Shown here one piece after another: positions 49,701-62,800 of a stretch of DNA of 64,000 bases. The notes below the pieces were generated by a model. It was not told the origin of the DNA. It saw nothing but the letters and a program-made list of their open reading frames with translations, and ran no database searches. Location: NCBI GenBank assembly GCA_030141605.1, contig JAQGDQ010000994.1, forward strand, positions 1 to 64,000. Reading direction: 5' to 3'. Each line of letters opens with the position of its first letter. Position 1 is the stretch's first letter. This stretch comes from Tubiluchus corallicola. Its lineage: Eukaryota > Animalia > Priapulida. Position numbers and translations under genes: made by a program.

Positions 49701-50775
49701 CAAGCTTCGTGCAAAAGATTGTGTGTATTGGAATAATATCAACAACGATGTTGAAAATATAGTCAGATCGTGTCAAATCTGCCAAGAGTGTCAGCGGTCT
49801 CAGCAAGCAGAGCCACTCATGCAACACGAGATTCCTACTCACCCATGGCAAATCATAGGAACCGATTTGTTCTATCTGAATGGTGAAAACTACCTACTTT
49901 TATGTGACTATTTTTCAAAGTTTCCTATCGTCAAACACATTCATGGAAAATGCACAAGTCAAGCCATTGTTGATCTTACAAAGAGTGTTTTCTCTGAACA
50001 TGGGATACCAGACAAGATCATCAGCGATAATGGCCGGCACTTCGATAGTGAAGCTTACCGTTCATTTACGAAGGAATGGGGTCTTGATCATATCACCTCA
50101 AGTCCTCGATATGCGCAATCAAATGGTTTTATTGAACGACAAGTTCAAACTGTCAAAAATACACTTGCCAAAGCTCACAAAGCTGGAGTAGATCCTGATA
50201 TGGCTATGCTAATTTTACGTGCCACTCCAATTGATCATCGTCTACCTTCACCAGCAGAAATGCTAAACAGACGGAAGCTAAAAACCAATGTTCCTACTAA
50301 GATACCTTATCAATCTCGCGAAAGCTCTGATATTACTGATCACCTTCGACAGAAGCAAGCCAAGCAAAACGGATATTATGACAAGAAAAGGGCTGCTAAC
50401 CATGAGCTACCACCACTGTCACTTGGTCAGCAAGTACGTGTACAAGATCAAGCTACAAACAAGTGGCATCCTGGTATCATTGGGAAATTATGTGAAGAGC
50501 CTCGATCCTACGAAGTGATAATGCCCTCAGGTAACATGATGCGACGTAACAGACGTCATATTCGTGAAGCAAAGAACACTGAAGAATTTCAAGACAACTC
50601 AGCAGAAACACCAAATTCTTCACCAGTTTACAACCCATCAGATTGCCAAACTGTCTCAGCAGGCAAACGACACAAACAAGTACGATTTTCCAATGAAACT
50701 GAGTTCAACCGAGTTCTACATACTAGTCCAACAAGACCAGCAACAGATAGTTCGAAACAGGATATACACAAGTGA
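49660..50775 (+). CDS. Integrase (HHCC + DDE), frameshifted within the HHCC motif
   Basis: HQGIEKTKLRAKDCVYW..CQIC, PWQIIGTDLF, IISDNGRHF, SNGFIERQVQT, PRSYEV. Confidence 0.9.
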   Translation, partial: SINYTESHQGIEKTKLRAKDCVYWNNINNDVENIVRSCQICQECQRSQQAEPLMQHEIPTHPWQIIGTDLFYLNGENYLLLCDYFSKFPIVKHIHGKCTSQAIVDLTKSVFSEHGIPDKIISDNGRHFDSEAYRSFTKEWGLDHITSSPRYAQSNGFIERQVQTVKNTLAKAHKAGVDPDMAMLILRATPIDHRLPSPAEMLNRRKLKTNVPTKIPYQSRESSDITDHLRQKQAKQNGYYDKKRAANHELPPLSLGQQVRVQDQATNKWHPGIIGKLCEEPRSYEVIMPSGNMMRRNRRHIREAKNTEEFQDNSAETPNSSPVYNPSDCQTVSAGKRHKQVRFSNETEFNRVLHTSPTRPATDSSKQDIHK

Positions 50776-51689
50776 CAGAGTACAAGACAAGAGCAGGAGG
50801 AACAGTAATGAAACCTCGGAGACTTGATCTATAGTGTCTCAGATATTTATTTTAAGTTCTTGTTACAACATTATGTATAAGTATATGCATAGTTGTATTA
50901 CACATAATATTTTGAGTAATTACCTTGAGTAAATTTTACTTATATTTGCATTACAGTCGCAGAAGTGACAGAATTAGTATGTTAATTGCAATTTGAGATT
51001 ATACTATCTATGCCAAAATGTTGCAAAGTGAGTCAGTTAGTGTTCTGTTCTAATTCAGAGAATTTCGAGTGTTAAAGTTTCATCAATGATAATTACAATT
51101 TCAAACTTGTGAACAAAGGGGATGTAATGTTATCAATATAGTAGCCTGGTACAATATAGTTCCCAGTGTTATATGTGTGAACAGGCCTCGAGTATCATTA
51201 CGCACTTGGATTCGAGCTGTGTGGACGTAATTTGTGTCTTCTGATTAAGTTCATTAAACTCTTTGATTACATATAAATATTGTGTTCTAGTACATAATAT
51301 TACAGTAATAATAATTAATACTACATGATATTAATTATTTCATTTTTTTTTTCAAAAATACAACAATTACTGTAAATTTATAATATAAAAAAGATTATGT
51401 ACTGGAAAACTAAAATAACAAACTATAAAGACTACAGTACAATTTAATGTATATGGAGAGAGGAGGGATTTCCATATGTGACCATTGTCAGTTGGCAGCA
51501 ATGCAAATCATCAGTATTTAGAATGATATTACTTGCTAAATTGAATCTGTTGATTATTAATACATTGTGCCTGTTACCTAAAATTTTTGGGACAGAAAGA
51601 CCTGACACTAGTTATCACTGACAGTATCCAAATTCAGGTATCATCTCCTGACTTTACTGCTACTTCAATTTTCAGATGGACGCCACAGG

Positions 51690-52625
51690 ATGATCACTTC
51701 CACAGAGTCGTACATGATTGATAAGCTGGACGCACTAAGTCTTCATTCAGAACCTTTGTCAAGCAGGTCAGACATAATTTCTTGCAGCTTTTCTTCTGCT
51801 ACACGATCTGATGCTGGTGATAGGTCAGACGATAACTTTCAAGATTTGCCGATTGATACCAGTGATGATAGCCATACTGAAAGTGACGTAGAAAGTCGAA
51901 TAACAACAACGATAAGTGAAACTGAAAGCGAAGAGGAAGATAAAGTAGCAAAAACTGACATTGTGAGTCGATGTAAAAACATCCAACCAGTCAAGGAAGT
52001 TGCCCTGTCTTCTTATGAAAAATGGCTCATCAAAAAAGAACAGGTGAGACGGCAAATCTTAAGTGAGCAGGTTTACGAAGAAGAGAAGGCACGGAAAGAA
52101 GAGCATCTGTTGCAAGAGAAAAAAACACAAAAACAAAAACTATCCGAAGCAAGATTTCAAGAATGGTTGAAAGAAAAGGAGAAAAAACTACTGCGCAGGA
52201 AAGAGGTGAAGCAGCGCAAAGAGCAGGCAGCTATCCTCGAAAAAGAGAAACTGAGAAGAGCAAATAGGGAAAAGGCAAAATCGAAATATCAGGAATGGCT
52301 GGAAAAGAAATCCGCAGAGGAGGAAGAACAGAAACAGAAAGAGGAAAAGCAAAAGCGGCTAGAAGAGGAAATGAAACAGAAGAAGCGAATTCAAGCAGAA
52401 GAAGCATTTGAGAAGTGGAAGCAGAGGCACACCGCACGTCAGACTGCATCCATATCGGATTTTGCTTTAGGCCACCCTCCACCTGCATTTTGTAATCCGC
52501 GTCCCTGGATACCTCCAGATATTCCCAAAGCAGAACAAACAAAGAAGAAAAAGGCAAAACAAAAATCATCTCAGAGACAGAAACGGCAGTTTCTCGTGGC
52601 TCGACCCAGAACTGCGTTTCTTTGA
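51690..52625 (+). CDS. CCDC34: Coiled-coil domain-containing protein 34-like, 311 aa, single coding exon
   Basis: Acidic/Ser N-terminus, repeated YEKWL/FQEWL/YQEWL/FEKWK helices and C-terminal HPPPAFCNPRPW, as recalled for CCDC34. Acceptor TTTTCAG ending at 51675 lies 14 nt before the ATG. Confidence 0.8.
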   Translation: MITSTESYMIDKLDALSLHSEPLSSRSDIISCSFSSATRSDAGDRSDDNFQDLPIDTSDDSHTESDVESRITTTISETESEEEDKVAKTDIVSRCKNIQPVKEVALSSYEKWLIKKEQVRRQILSEQVYEEEKARKEEHLLQEKKTQKQKLSEARFQEWLKEKEKKLLRRKEVKQRKEQAAILEKEKLRRANREKAKSKYQEWLEKKSAEEEEQKQKEEKQKRLEEEMKQKKRIQAEEAFEKWKQRHTARQTASISDFALGHPPPAFCNPRPWIPPDIPKAEQTKKKKAKQKSSQRQKRQFLVARPRTAFL

Positions 52626-54971
52626 AATTCTGTCATTCTCGTTGCTGTTACTTCAAATGTTCTCAGGCCATATAGTTTTTTACATTTGATGTAATTAAGT
52701 ACATTTTCTCTCAGTAAAATTCCCATTGCCATTGTATTATTAGTTAAATACTCGTAAATCTAATTTTTATAGTTGCTTTAATAACATTAAAAATTTAATT
52801 TTTGTTAATGTGTTTCGTGTTCGCAGTGATGTATTTTGATGCGTTTTTGATACATTTAGCGTTTGTTACCATTAATACAAGCATAAAAGAGTGTTGAAAT
52901 GAGATGCGTCCTGATAAGTTTAAACTCAGAACAAGTAAAGAGTGAATTTGAAGAGGAACTTTTTGCATGCTAACTATAGAGTTCGTATAGTGTAAAAGAA
53001 AACTTGTTTTTATATCCAGTGACCTCTGATGACCTTTGATCTGACCTTTGGGTTGACACGTTTCCCAGAACCATCATTTCATAGAAAATAAGTTCGCAGA
53101 AAGAGGGAGAAACAGAGGAAAACGAGCTATAGAGAGGGAAGGTAAGAGAGACAAATGGGGAGAGATAGAGGAAAAAGAGGGATATTGAAGGAGGGAAACA
53201 GAAAGTAAAGTAGAAGAGATGAAGAGAAAGAGAAGATGAGAGTAAGAGGAAGGAAAGGAGCTAAAGAGGGAGAAAGAAACATAAAGAAATCGAAGGCTTT
53301 ATCTTACTAAAAGACTTAGTAATTAGATTTAGCAGCTAAAAAAGTAACTGTGATTTTTGTGATAAAAATGTGAAATGAGTATTCAAGGAAAAGTATTTTC
53401 TGTGAAAAAAATTTTCTGGCATATTTTTTTCCTGGAAAGCTACTTTTGGGAAATGTTTTCTGTGAAGTTTTTCTGGGAAACGGACCTAAACCATCCGAGA
53501 TGGGCGCCCTATGGTAAAATCAAATTCCAAACGTTCTTACTGTGAGAAGTTCCATGAATGCAGCATAAGTTACCAAATCAGTGCACAAAAAAATTGACAA
53601 ACACCAAAATGTGGGAGATACCAGCTGTTGCCAGTTGCTCGGCTACGGCTTGTGATTTAATGCATAAAAGCATCTGACTCCTCGTGAACTGAGGTGACAT
53701 GTCACTTGCATTGAAGTTATAAGGTCATTCAAATGCCATTGAAATGTCAAACCACAAAATAATACCATTGTATCTTTTCCGTCAGACTAGTAGTATGTCT
53801 CGGATTTTCATTGGTGCTGGAGCCGATCATTTCAAGCTTGTTTAGGCAGCGTGCACTAATATTTTTTATTAAAAATCTATTTGTAGTGTGTTAGGTCACA
53901 AATTACATGAAATTATCAAACGCGACCAGTTTTTTTATGCCATGGTTTTGTTTGCTATGCTTACTGCTTAACCTTTGCGTGTTTGTGCGACTTGTATTAC
54001 GCAAAACAATTTTATCCAAAGAACTCACTGCAAATATCTATAAAACTGAAAATTCTTATTTTCATTAAATTTATTTAACAAAATTAACAGATCAACAAGA
54101 TTCATTGAAAACAAAAAAAACTCAATCAAATAATTATTATTGTTTATAAATAATTATCATCATATTCCGCACATAAACGACATTGCCGTACATTAAGTAC
54201 TGCATATAAACTATTAGAGGTATCACAAAATTTAAAAAACTAAACAATGTGTACATAGGAGACATTGATTAGCTACAACAATACCAGTACATCGCTTGAA
54301 CTAATTTTTTAAACAAAGCAACGTATTTTGAGTTCCACTATTAGACTTAGCTGATTTGACATTACTACTACAGTCCAGCTAATGATGCGAAAGTTGACAC
54401 ATTTTCACAGTTTTGCTATTGTTTTATACACATTTCCTCCTGCAATGATAATAGCCAATTTGCAAGCCTTTGTGAAACATGTGCAGCGTGGTAGCCTTAA
54501 AGGAGCACCAGATCATAACGCTTCCTCTTTCCTATCAACAGATGGCATTACATTATGCACAGTACATTGGTTGCTATTCACTAGCACTGTGTACAGCATC
54601 TGTACTGTCTTCAGTTGTAAATACGTGTATTATTGAACTAACAGAAGCTAATGTACTTTTAGCAACACAACAGGTTGTACAATAATGAAGCTTATGCAAT
54701 ACGTATTCTAACATAAGACAAGTCATCTTATTCTTACTCAAATTGAACAATTAATGCACTGTAGCATTTTGTGAGCAAAGCGAATTAGCATCAACGCTTA
54801 CCGATTAGTAAAAAAATAATATTTTTTAATGATCAGTAAAATTAATTACCGAAAACACAGCAAAAAATAATACATCATTATAAATACTAGAATCTTGAAT
54901 GCCAGTGCTTCATTTAACCGCTGAGACATTTAGTGCTGTTACACTTGAAGATTTTTGCAATAGTGTTAATA

Positions 54972-55428
54972 CAGTCAACCTCGGATATAACGGACAGCTC
55001 CAGACCGGAAAAACTGTCCCTTATATCCGATGTCCCTTATAGCCGAAGTTGAGTCGGACGTAGGATGTATGTAGACCTGTACTTTTATCCATATTTTTAT
55101 GGATTATTGCTACACATTCAGTGCAAACGGTATGTAGGAAGCTCCTTCAATGATACGAGATGTATGTGACCGCGGAAACCAAGCTGTTCGAAGGCTGAGT
55201 TTTTGTAAAATTGAGGTTAAAAATCGAACAGTTTCGCTTTAATCATAGGGTCCCTTATATGCGAGGTAATTTAACTGGGTTTCTATTACGCGGGACCTGA
55301 AGATATCGTCCCTTATAACCGAAAGTATCTTATATCCGAAGATTTTTACATAGGAAAAACGTTACAAAAAATCGGGACCGGTGTTGGTGGTCCCTTATAA
55401 GCGAGTACCTTATACCCGAGGTTGACTG
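54972..55428. mobile_element. Tc1/mariner (pogo/Tigger-like) MITE
   Basis: TA-CAGTCAACCTCGGATATAA ... TTATACCCGAGGTTGACTG-TA. Confidence 0.92.
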
Positions 55429-55828
55429 TATGCTTACAATGTTCTGACAGAGTATGACAGTATGACAATGTTATGACAATACGGAATAGACATGTTATTG
55501 TCTATCATAATTAATCTGAACAAAGTGGCTTTGTATTCATTAACTAGGCATTCTAAAATGGCAGACCAACCGACTACAATACTTGCTCATAATACATGTA
55601 AATAAAAAGGCGTTTAATTGTTTAGCAAGATTATAAAAAAACTTGTGTGAGGATTTATGCAGTCAGATAAAAAACTAACATACTACACACTTCAACTACA
55701 TTCTACGAGCCATAATGTGTAAATAACAGTAATATTGCAAAACCGATAAGCCACGTTAGAAGAAATTAAAATATTGCGTCATGGTGTTAGTATCAGTAAA
55801 ACCGAATAAAAATGCTATTGCTAAACAA

Positions 55829-56448
55829 GTGTCACCTATTACCGATTTGTACACAACTGTGTCACTTATTACCGATTTGTACACAACTGTGTCACTGTGT
55901 CACTCATTACCAGTTTGTACACAACTGTGTCACTTATTACCGATTTGTACACAACTGTGTCACCTCATTACCAGTTTGTACACAACTGTGTCACTTATTA
56001 CCGATTTTTACACAACTGTGTCACTTATTACCGGTTTGTACACTACTGTGCCACTTATTACCAGTTTGTACACTACTGTGTCACTTATTACCGATTTGTA
56101 CACAACTGTGTCACCTATTACCGATTTGTACACAACTGTGTCACTTATTACCGATTTTTACACAACTGTGTCACTTATTACCGGTTTGTACACTACTGTG
56201 CCACTTATTACCAGTTTGTACACTACTGTGTCACTTATTACCGATTTGTACACTACTGTGTCACCTATTACCGATTTGTACACAACTGTGTCACTTATTA
56301 CCGGTTTGTACACAACTGTGTCACTTATTACCGGTTTGTACACCACTGTGTCACTTATTACCAGTTTGTACACCACTGTGTTACTCATTACCAATTTGTA
56401 CACCACTGTGTGACTCATTACCAATTTGTACACCACTGTGTGACTTAT
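55829..56448. repeat. 30-bp minisatellite, ~20 copies
   Basis: Unit GTGTCACTTATTACCGATTTGTACACAACT. Confidence 0.95.
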
Positions 56449-56815
56449 GACTGGCTGGGACTATTGCTAGGCATCAAAGCTTTCTTTGCAAAGCACATGC
56501 TATATAAAAACCAACAGTGGCTGCAGAAACACTATAGAAAAATCTTATATTTCAGCGTAACTGAAATGACACTTTGTTAGAAAAAGTTAAAAGCTCTCTA
56601 CGGAGCAACAGCTTTAAATTGACAACTTCAATTATATAATACAACTTTACAGTTCACACGTATTAATGCACCATTAAACATTTTTTCACACACAGTCTTT
56701 TCTGAAATGAACTTTTTTCATTGTCTTCATTTTAAAGTAGTTAAATAGTAAACAGTATTTTACAATACAATGCATGTGGCAAAAAAGATTATTTACAATA
56801 CCCTTTACTAGCATT

Positions 56816-59800
56816 TTAACTCTGTTTCTTTTCTAGCTGCTTTTTCTTCTCTTCGTCTACAACAAGTAACTCTGTGGCCGTGTTGCTGTAGCCGATGGCT
56901 ACGCTCACAGCTGCTATGCTAATCAACCCTTCCTTTACCATGTGTTTAATCGCGTCATAGTCTTGAATTGCGACCAAATATTCCCGACTCATTCCCCACT
57001 TGGTGGCCAATGATTCGGCAACAAAGAACAGTTCGGTGAGGGACCGCTTCAGATGGGAAACAATGCCAGTGTTGCAGTCATTGTTCTCTGTGTTCATTTC
57101 GCAGAAGTATACCCATAAGGGTCGGAGCAGGGTCAAATCGACTCTGTCTTTACACTGCTGCTTCCAGCAACCGTCTAATATCCGCAGCACTAACTCAATG
57201 GTTTTCAGTCTGTGGTGACCGGTTTTCTTACACACAAGGTACACCAAACATGACCACACCTCACCAATGGATAACAAACATAGAGTCCTCGGATCGGAAA
57301 GAAGATTCTGTAGGATTTCGTATCCGCTGTCAAACCTGCCCATGTTGCCACCGGTTACGGTAAACTTATATCCCCATGTGTTGCTTTTATCGTCGGGAAA
57401 ATGAGCCCGGAAACTGTAATACAGCGTGTCACCAGGAAGGTAAAAATCTTGAAATGATTCATTGCCCAGAACATGCGAGTTCTGCGTCAAGTTAGAATCA
57501 GTGGCAATCGTCAGTTCTTCACATGGAGAAATGTTACAATGGTTGTCAAACTTTATCATGAGGTAAGATGCCCCGGGTATTGTGACCTTCTCTAAATCAC
57601 GATATTCATTCCAACCCGTATTGTGAGGCGACTCTTTCGTGATAGCCATCAAAGTAGATTCCTCCATGAAATTGCAGGCTGCTTGAGCCATGGGAATGAG
57701 CACTTCGTCACTACAAAGCTTCAGCACCTTACTAACCAGATGTTGGAAATCTTTTCTGCTGTCCGTCTTATGCAGCAAGTCTAGGACACAAGCAACCTGA
57801 AAGTCGTCCGAGCAGCCAAGCAGTTTGCCACTTATAACAGATTCTTCCAGTGGCCAGTCTGCAAGAACTGCTGTTAGGACATAGCGGGAGTAATAAATTG
57901 CTAGTGCCAAATTGACCTTGTACAAGTATGGTCTTGTCAAGACATCTGCGTGACTGTCTAATTCTTGTTTCAGTAACTGAGTGGATTTATAACGTTGTTT
58001 CTTCACTAGTTCATCTTTGGTCTCCATGTCAAACATCTGCATAAGGCACTGGCTCGGCTCGGCTTTCTCTTTTACAACGGCTTCCGCGCGTTTATCGGTG
58101 GTAACTTTTGGCACGATCATCAACATACCAGTGTCGATGGCTTTATCATCCTCGGTGTCCGTATCTTCGGTAAGCTTCTCGCCAAACTCGGTGAAGCGAG
58201 ATCGCCAAGCACACAGATCAGAAGCAGGTGCTGTAATGATTGTTCCGATTAAATTCTTGTAGATCTCAACCACAAGGGCTTCTTTTCCACTTCCTTGTTC
58301 ATACAGCTGCAATATATCACTATACGGCATTCCCATGTGATCATGTAATAACTCACTGCACACCTTAGCCTTAGTATCCATCTGTCTGATGGCTTCGGGA
58401 AGATCTTTGTCAACTGAATCTTTAGCCTTATCAATTTTTTTCTCCGGCTTAAAGACATCGTCAGCTTTGGCATCACTCTCAATGAGGTTGCTTTCTGCTG
58501 TAGCATTTAGCATCAGTGCAAGCACTTCTAACTCCTCCACCATCCATTGTCGACTAAACTGAGTTCCTATTCCCGCTAAGTACAGCAGACCCTGTACTAG
58601 CTGAACGTCGCAAAGTCCAGAAAGTACAGAGTTATCACAGTTCAAGTAGGCGCTGTGTAACGTTTTCAACGTCAGAGCTAGAACCCACACCGACTGCGGC
58701 TCAAGAGTTGCACCGGCTTTCAGCAGCCAGGAAACCGATTTTGCCGTTTCCAGAAGGATTTTCAGATGGTGTGAATCTACGATGTTTATATGTTCTTTAA
58801 CACACTCAATGTACTGATCTTTCACAGTTTTTCGTTTTCTGCTTTTCGAATCCGCCAGTAAACATTTGGTATTGTCGGGAAAATGTTTGACAACTATCGC
58901 TCGCCTATTATCTGCTCCGCTCTCATTATATAACACTTTCGTGCCCGTGGTTAAAATCTCTGGAAAGCCGGCAGCGACAAATAAAGCAAAAATTGACAAT
59001 GGGTCTATCTCATCTCTCAACTTGTTTACACACTTGGTGATGTATTCCATTACCGTTTTTCTCCATTTATCGTTGTTGCTCAATCTTTGTAAGATTGTTA
59101 CTAAGCAACTAGCCCATTCGTGACAACTGCGGGTGAGACACTGCATTCCGAAATGAAACAGGAAATCCACTGCCACGAATGCCGGATCTGCTTCAGACGG
59201 CATTTCCATGTTATCAGCATCGCACACTGAACTACTGCAAACGTCTGGATCGGACCACAACATAAGTCTTCCTAAGATCGCCAGTGCCATAAGGGAAGTC
59301 CTAGAATCATGTGTCGTCTGTCCCTTAGACATTTTGAGCAAAAGCATCAAAAATTCTTTGCTGTTAATGCCACCCAGCAATGAAAACTTTTCCATGTTCA
59401 TCGAGTCGGGTATCATTGATCCCACAAGACCTATAATTCTTTCTTGGGAATGCACAGCAAAAGCTATTTGCTTCTGAATGGCAATGCCAACGTTTGGTAC
59501 ATAGGAGTCACATGAAATCTGTTGTAAGCAGTCCTGGATTAGATCAACACACTGCTGATGCAAGGAACTTGCATTTAAAAGATACTCTGTATCTAAAACG
59601 TCACTTTCTGAGTACAAAACGCTTGTTAGCGTAAGTGTAAATGAAGTAAAAAGTAACCAGACATGCTGGTGAATATACGCTTGTATAATGCACTCTGCTT
59701 GGTTAGTATTTCGTAGTTTTACTAATGGATGATTTACCGTTGCATGCGTCGCGTTATGTCCGGATGGAAACTGTTTGTTTCGTTCGCATCCTAAACACAA

Positions 59801-62800
59801 GTCAAAATCCTCACACTCTGTGCAGTGGACGCGGGTTCCTACAATGAAAGCATGGCAGCCATCACATTTATATGTCATGTCGACGAATTCGTGATCGTCT
59901 TTATGAACCACCTGATCTTCATCTTCTTCTTGTGAGGGCTTTATACCCGAAATGAAACAAGTTGAACACAGATCTAAATCCGGACATTGCAGACATCGGT
60001 AACGTCGACCCGGCAGCGTAATACCGCAACCGTCACAGCAAATTTCTACATCCAATAAATCTGAAAACCTTGCGATGAACATCTGCTTGTCCTTCCGCGA
60101 CACCGGGGTGTTATGCTCGTACCACTTGTCCAAGTTACTTTTGGCTTCGGGAAGCCATTTCATGTACCGCTCGTATTCAGTAAGCTCGGTCTCCTCATTC
60201 AGATCGCACTCGGCCACATCGCGGATCGTTACGGTGCTACGTGCGATGTTCAACAGCAAAGATGGAAAATCGATTTCCTTCAAAAATGCAAGGTCGTAAA
60301 GCTGCCAAGAGTTATCTAGAATATGAACAAGACAGGCCTGAACAAAGTCATACAGAGGAACTAAACTATTGGGCATGTCATCTCTGTCCGTCTTTTCGGT
60401 AGCTGAGATGAGTTTCTGAACGAGCTGATAATAGTTCTTGCGAACGATACTTTCCAAGTCAAAGCCACATCCATCGAGGTTGTCGGCATAGTGGCCGACG
60501 TCGCGAGCTTGAGAACTCAACATCTCTTGTAAGAAAAGAATATTTGGAAGCTGCAGAATGTTACCGCTTTCTCCGAGATCTAAGAAATCGTGCGCAAAAT
60601 TGAGAGCAAAAGCTGTCGCGCTGGCTCGATGCTGCCTCTGCAACAGAACTTGTTCGACTTTCTCGTTTGTCAAGCTGGTGTCCCGAATGAAGCCCAGAAT
60701 CAGCCTAAAGCATGGATTCTTCTCGTGCGCGATAATTTCTTCGGTGCGCAGCCGACTACCGTCATTTGAAAGTCTGGTCTGTCTCTTCATGCTGAACTTA
60801 TTCAACTTGTTGTTTAGTTTGATGTCAACTTTTGAGAGGCCAGAAAATTTCAAAAGAAATTGGGCCTTTTTGATGCATAGGTGGACTGGATCTTCCGATT
60901 CTGGGATGTCCTCGTTATCCGTGGCCCCGGCAAGCTTTAGACGTTGCCTCTGTTCAATAAGATAATTCCTTATTCCCTCTGCAGACACATATGCACTTAT
61001 GAGTTCATCACTTATTACTATATCATCATCATCACTCTGAGTTGAAATTTTATCTATTTCTTCTCTCAGAGACTGAGTGTGCCACAATAAAGCAGCAAAT
61101 ACTGACACCACGGCAGCGTCGACAAGGTCACCGCCGAAGCCAACTCTTCCGCTTCTTTCTTTACAGTCGCTTATCAACTTTGAGGCTTTCTTCGATTTAC
61201 TGCTCAGCATGTCCAAGAGGAAAGCATTAGCCTTGCAGTCGATGGTGCATGCCGCATGTCTTCCAGACAATGACCGCATAAGTCTGCCGACAACGTAACC
61301 ACCACGGAATATGGTGGTCCAGAGGTCGTTGTTCTCCGTGTCATAGTCGACGAGCTGGGTGTGGTCATGAATACAGCAACTAGCCATTGTGCCAAGAAGC
61401 TTTGCACAGACTAACTGCATATCAAACATCCAGCATAGTGGCATGTCGGCATAACCTTTAGCTGTTATCTTAAACTTGTAACCCCACTCATTGTTACTAC
61501 CGTCAGAATGAAACAACAGTTGCAACAAATTGCCTCCAGAAAAGGTATAAGTTAAAGGCCACCGATCCGTGTCTGCTTTTCCGTCAAACTTCTTCTTCAT
61601 GCCTTTTGCATCGGTGAATTCTAAGTAGTCGTACTTGGCTTCCGTTTCGCACCGCGGATCGAACTCGACCACAAAAGAGGAAGCACCTGGACAAACAAAC
61701 GTCTGCTTCATATTCTGATTGTTCTCGTAGTTGTGACTAGACTCCAGTTCCCAATGCCTCAGCACCACGTGCGACTGCTGACACTCGCTCCACTTTTCGC
61801 TGTCGTACTTCCAGAACAACATAGGCAAGCGATTACTGATCTCGCATAGAATCTTCATGATTTTAAACAGATGGTCCATCAGCTTGATCAGAGCATTGGC
61901 TTCGAGCTCCTTGCAAAATAACGATAGTGAGAGAACGAGCTGGCGGATGCTGCGTCCGATAAACGTGGATTCCATCCTCCATACGGTGTCCTCCAGCTTC
62001 ACCACGTCCTCCATCTTGCACAAGGAAGTGAGAACGGATATGGCTCTGAATACCGCCACATCGACGTACTTTGTAAGAAGGGTTTCTGCAGCGTCGATGT
62101 GGCTTCTGATGCCAGATTCCAGCTGAAGCTTGCACCATGACAACACACTGTTTTGCAAAGAGCACAGCAGATTGAGCAGCGACTCTGACAACGCACTCGT
62201 TGTACCTGGAAAGCAAAAATGTCAGATTAATTAAAATGTGGCCTAATTATACAAAGGACAAGAAAAGGGGCACCTGAAGTAGGTTTCAGAAAAATCGCCT
62301 TAAAAATTATACTACTTAACAATATTTTTATGCATTTATCTTACTCGCACTGAAAGGAATTTTAGTTTGTCTTCATTTTAAATCTCCCGCAATACTTTTC
62401 CGATGTCGCCATTACATGACGTTATGTACCAAACGTAAATCAAGGGAAGAAAAGGCAATGTTAAATTATGTCTCAAAAGACTTTCCGTGCAAATCTATAT
62501 TTCTTAGATTTTTGCTTACCTGCTAGAAAGACTTTATGTAACTACAAAAGAAAATTATTAATTATTTAAAATACTTTCATCAATTGGTAAAATGTTACTG
62601 ACTTACCCTCCAGGGAGCACCACTCGCTAACCAACTATTTTTAATCTTGTTGACAAGGTACAGTAATGTAAAATTTTTCTTAATAATTACTATGACGTGT
62701 TTGCTATGACTGCTCTGACTATTTTTTTCAAACTTCACTCAGTGTTATCTAAACTCATTTCAAATGACTTATCATCAAAATGGCTGCATCTAACAGCCAT

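Larger units (their letters stand above)
46275..51304 (+). mobile_element. Full-length Ty3/Gypsy LTR retrotransposon (Mag-like), defective in RT
   Basis: LTRs 46275-46452 and 51123-51304 (TGTAAT...ATTACA), differing by one substitution and a 4-bp indel by eye. 5-bp TSD GTAAT, PBS TGGTGGCAGC (tRNA-Leu-like), PPT AACAAAGGGGA; domain order gag-PR-RT-RH-IN. Confidence 0.96.

Noticed and set aside
55781-56580. Three overlapping 210-227 aa ORFs
   Set aside because: 30-bp minisatellite; no splice context or recognisable domain.
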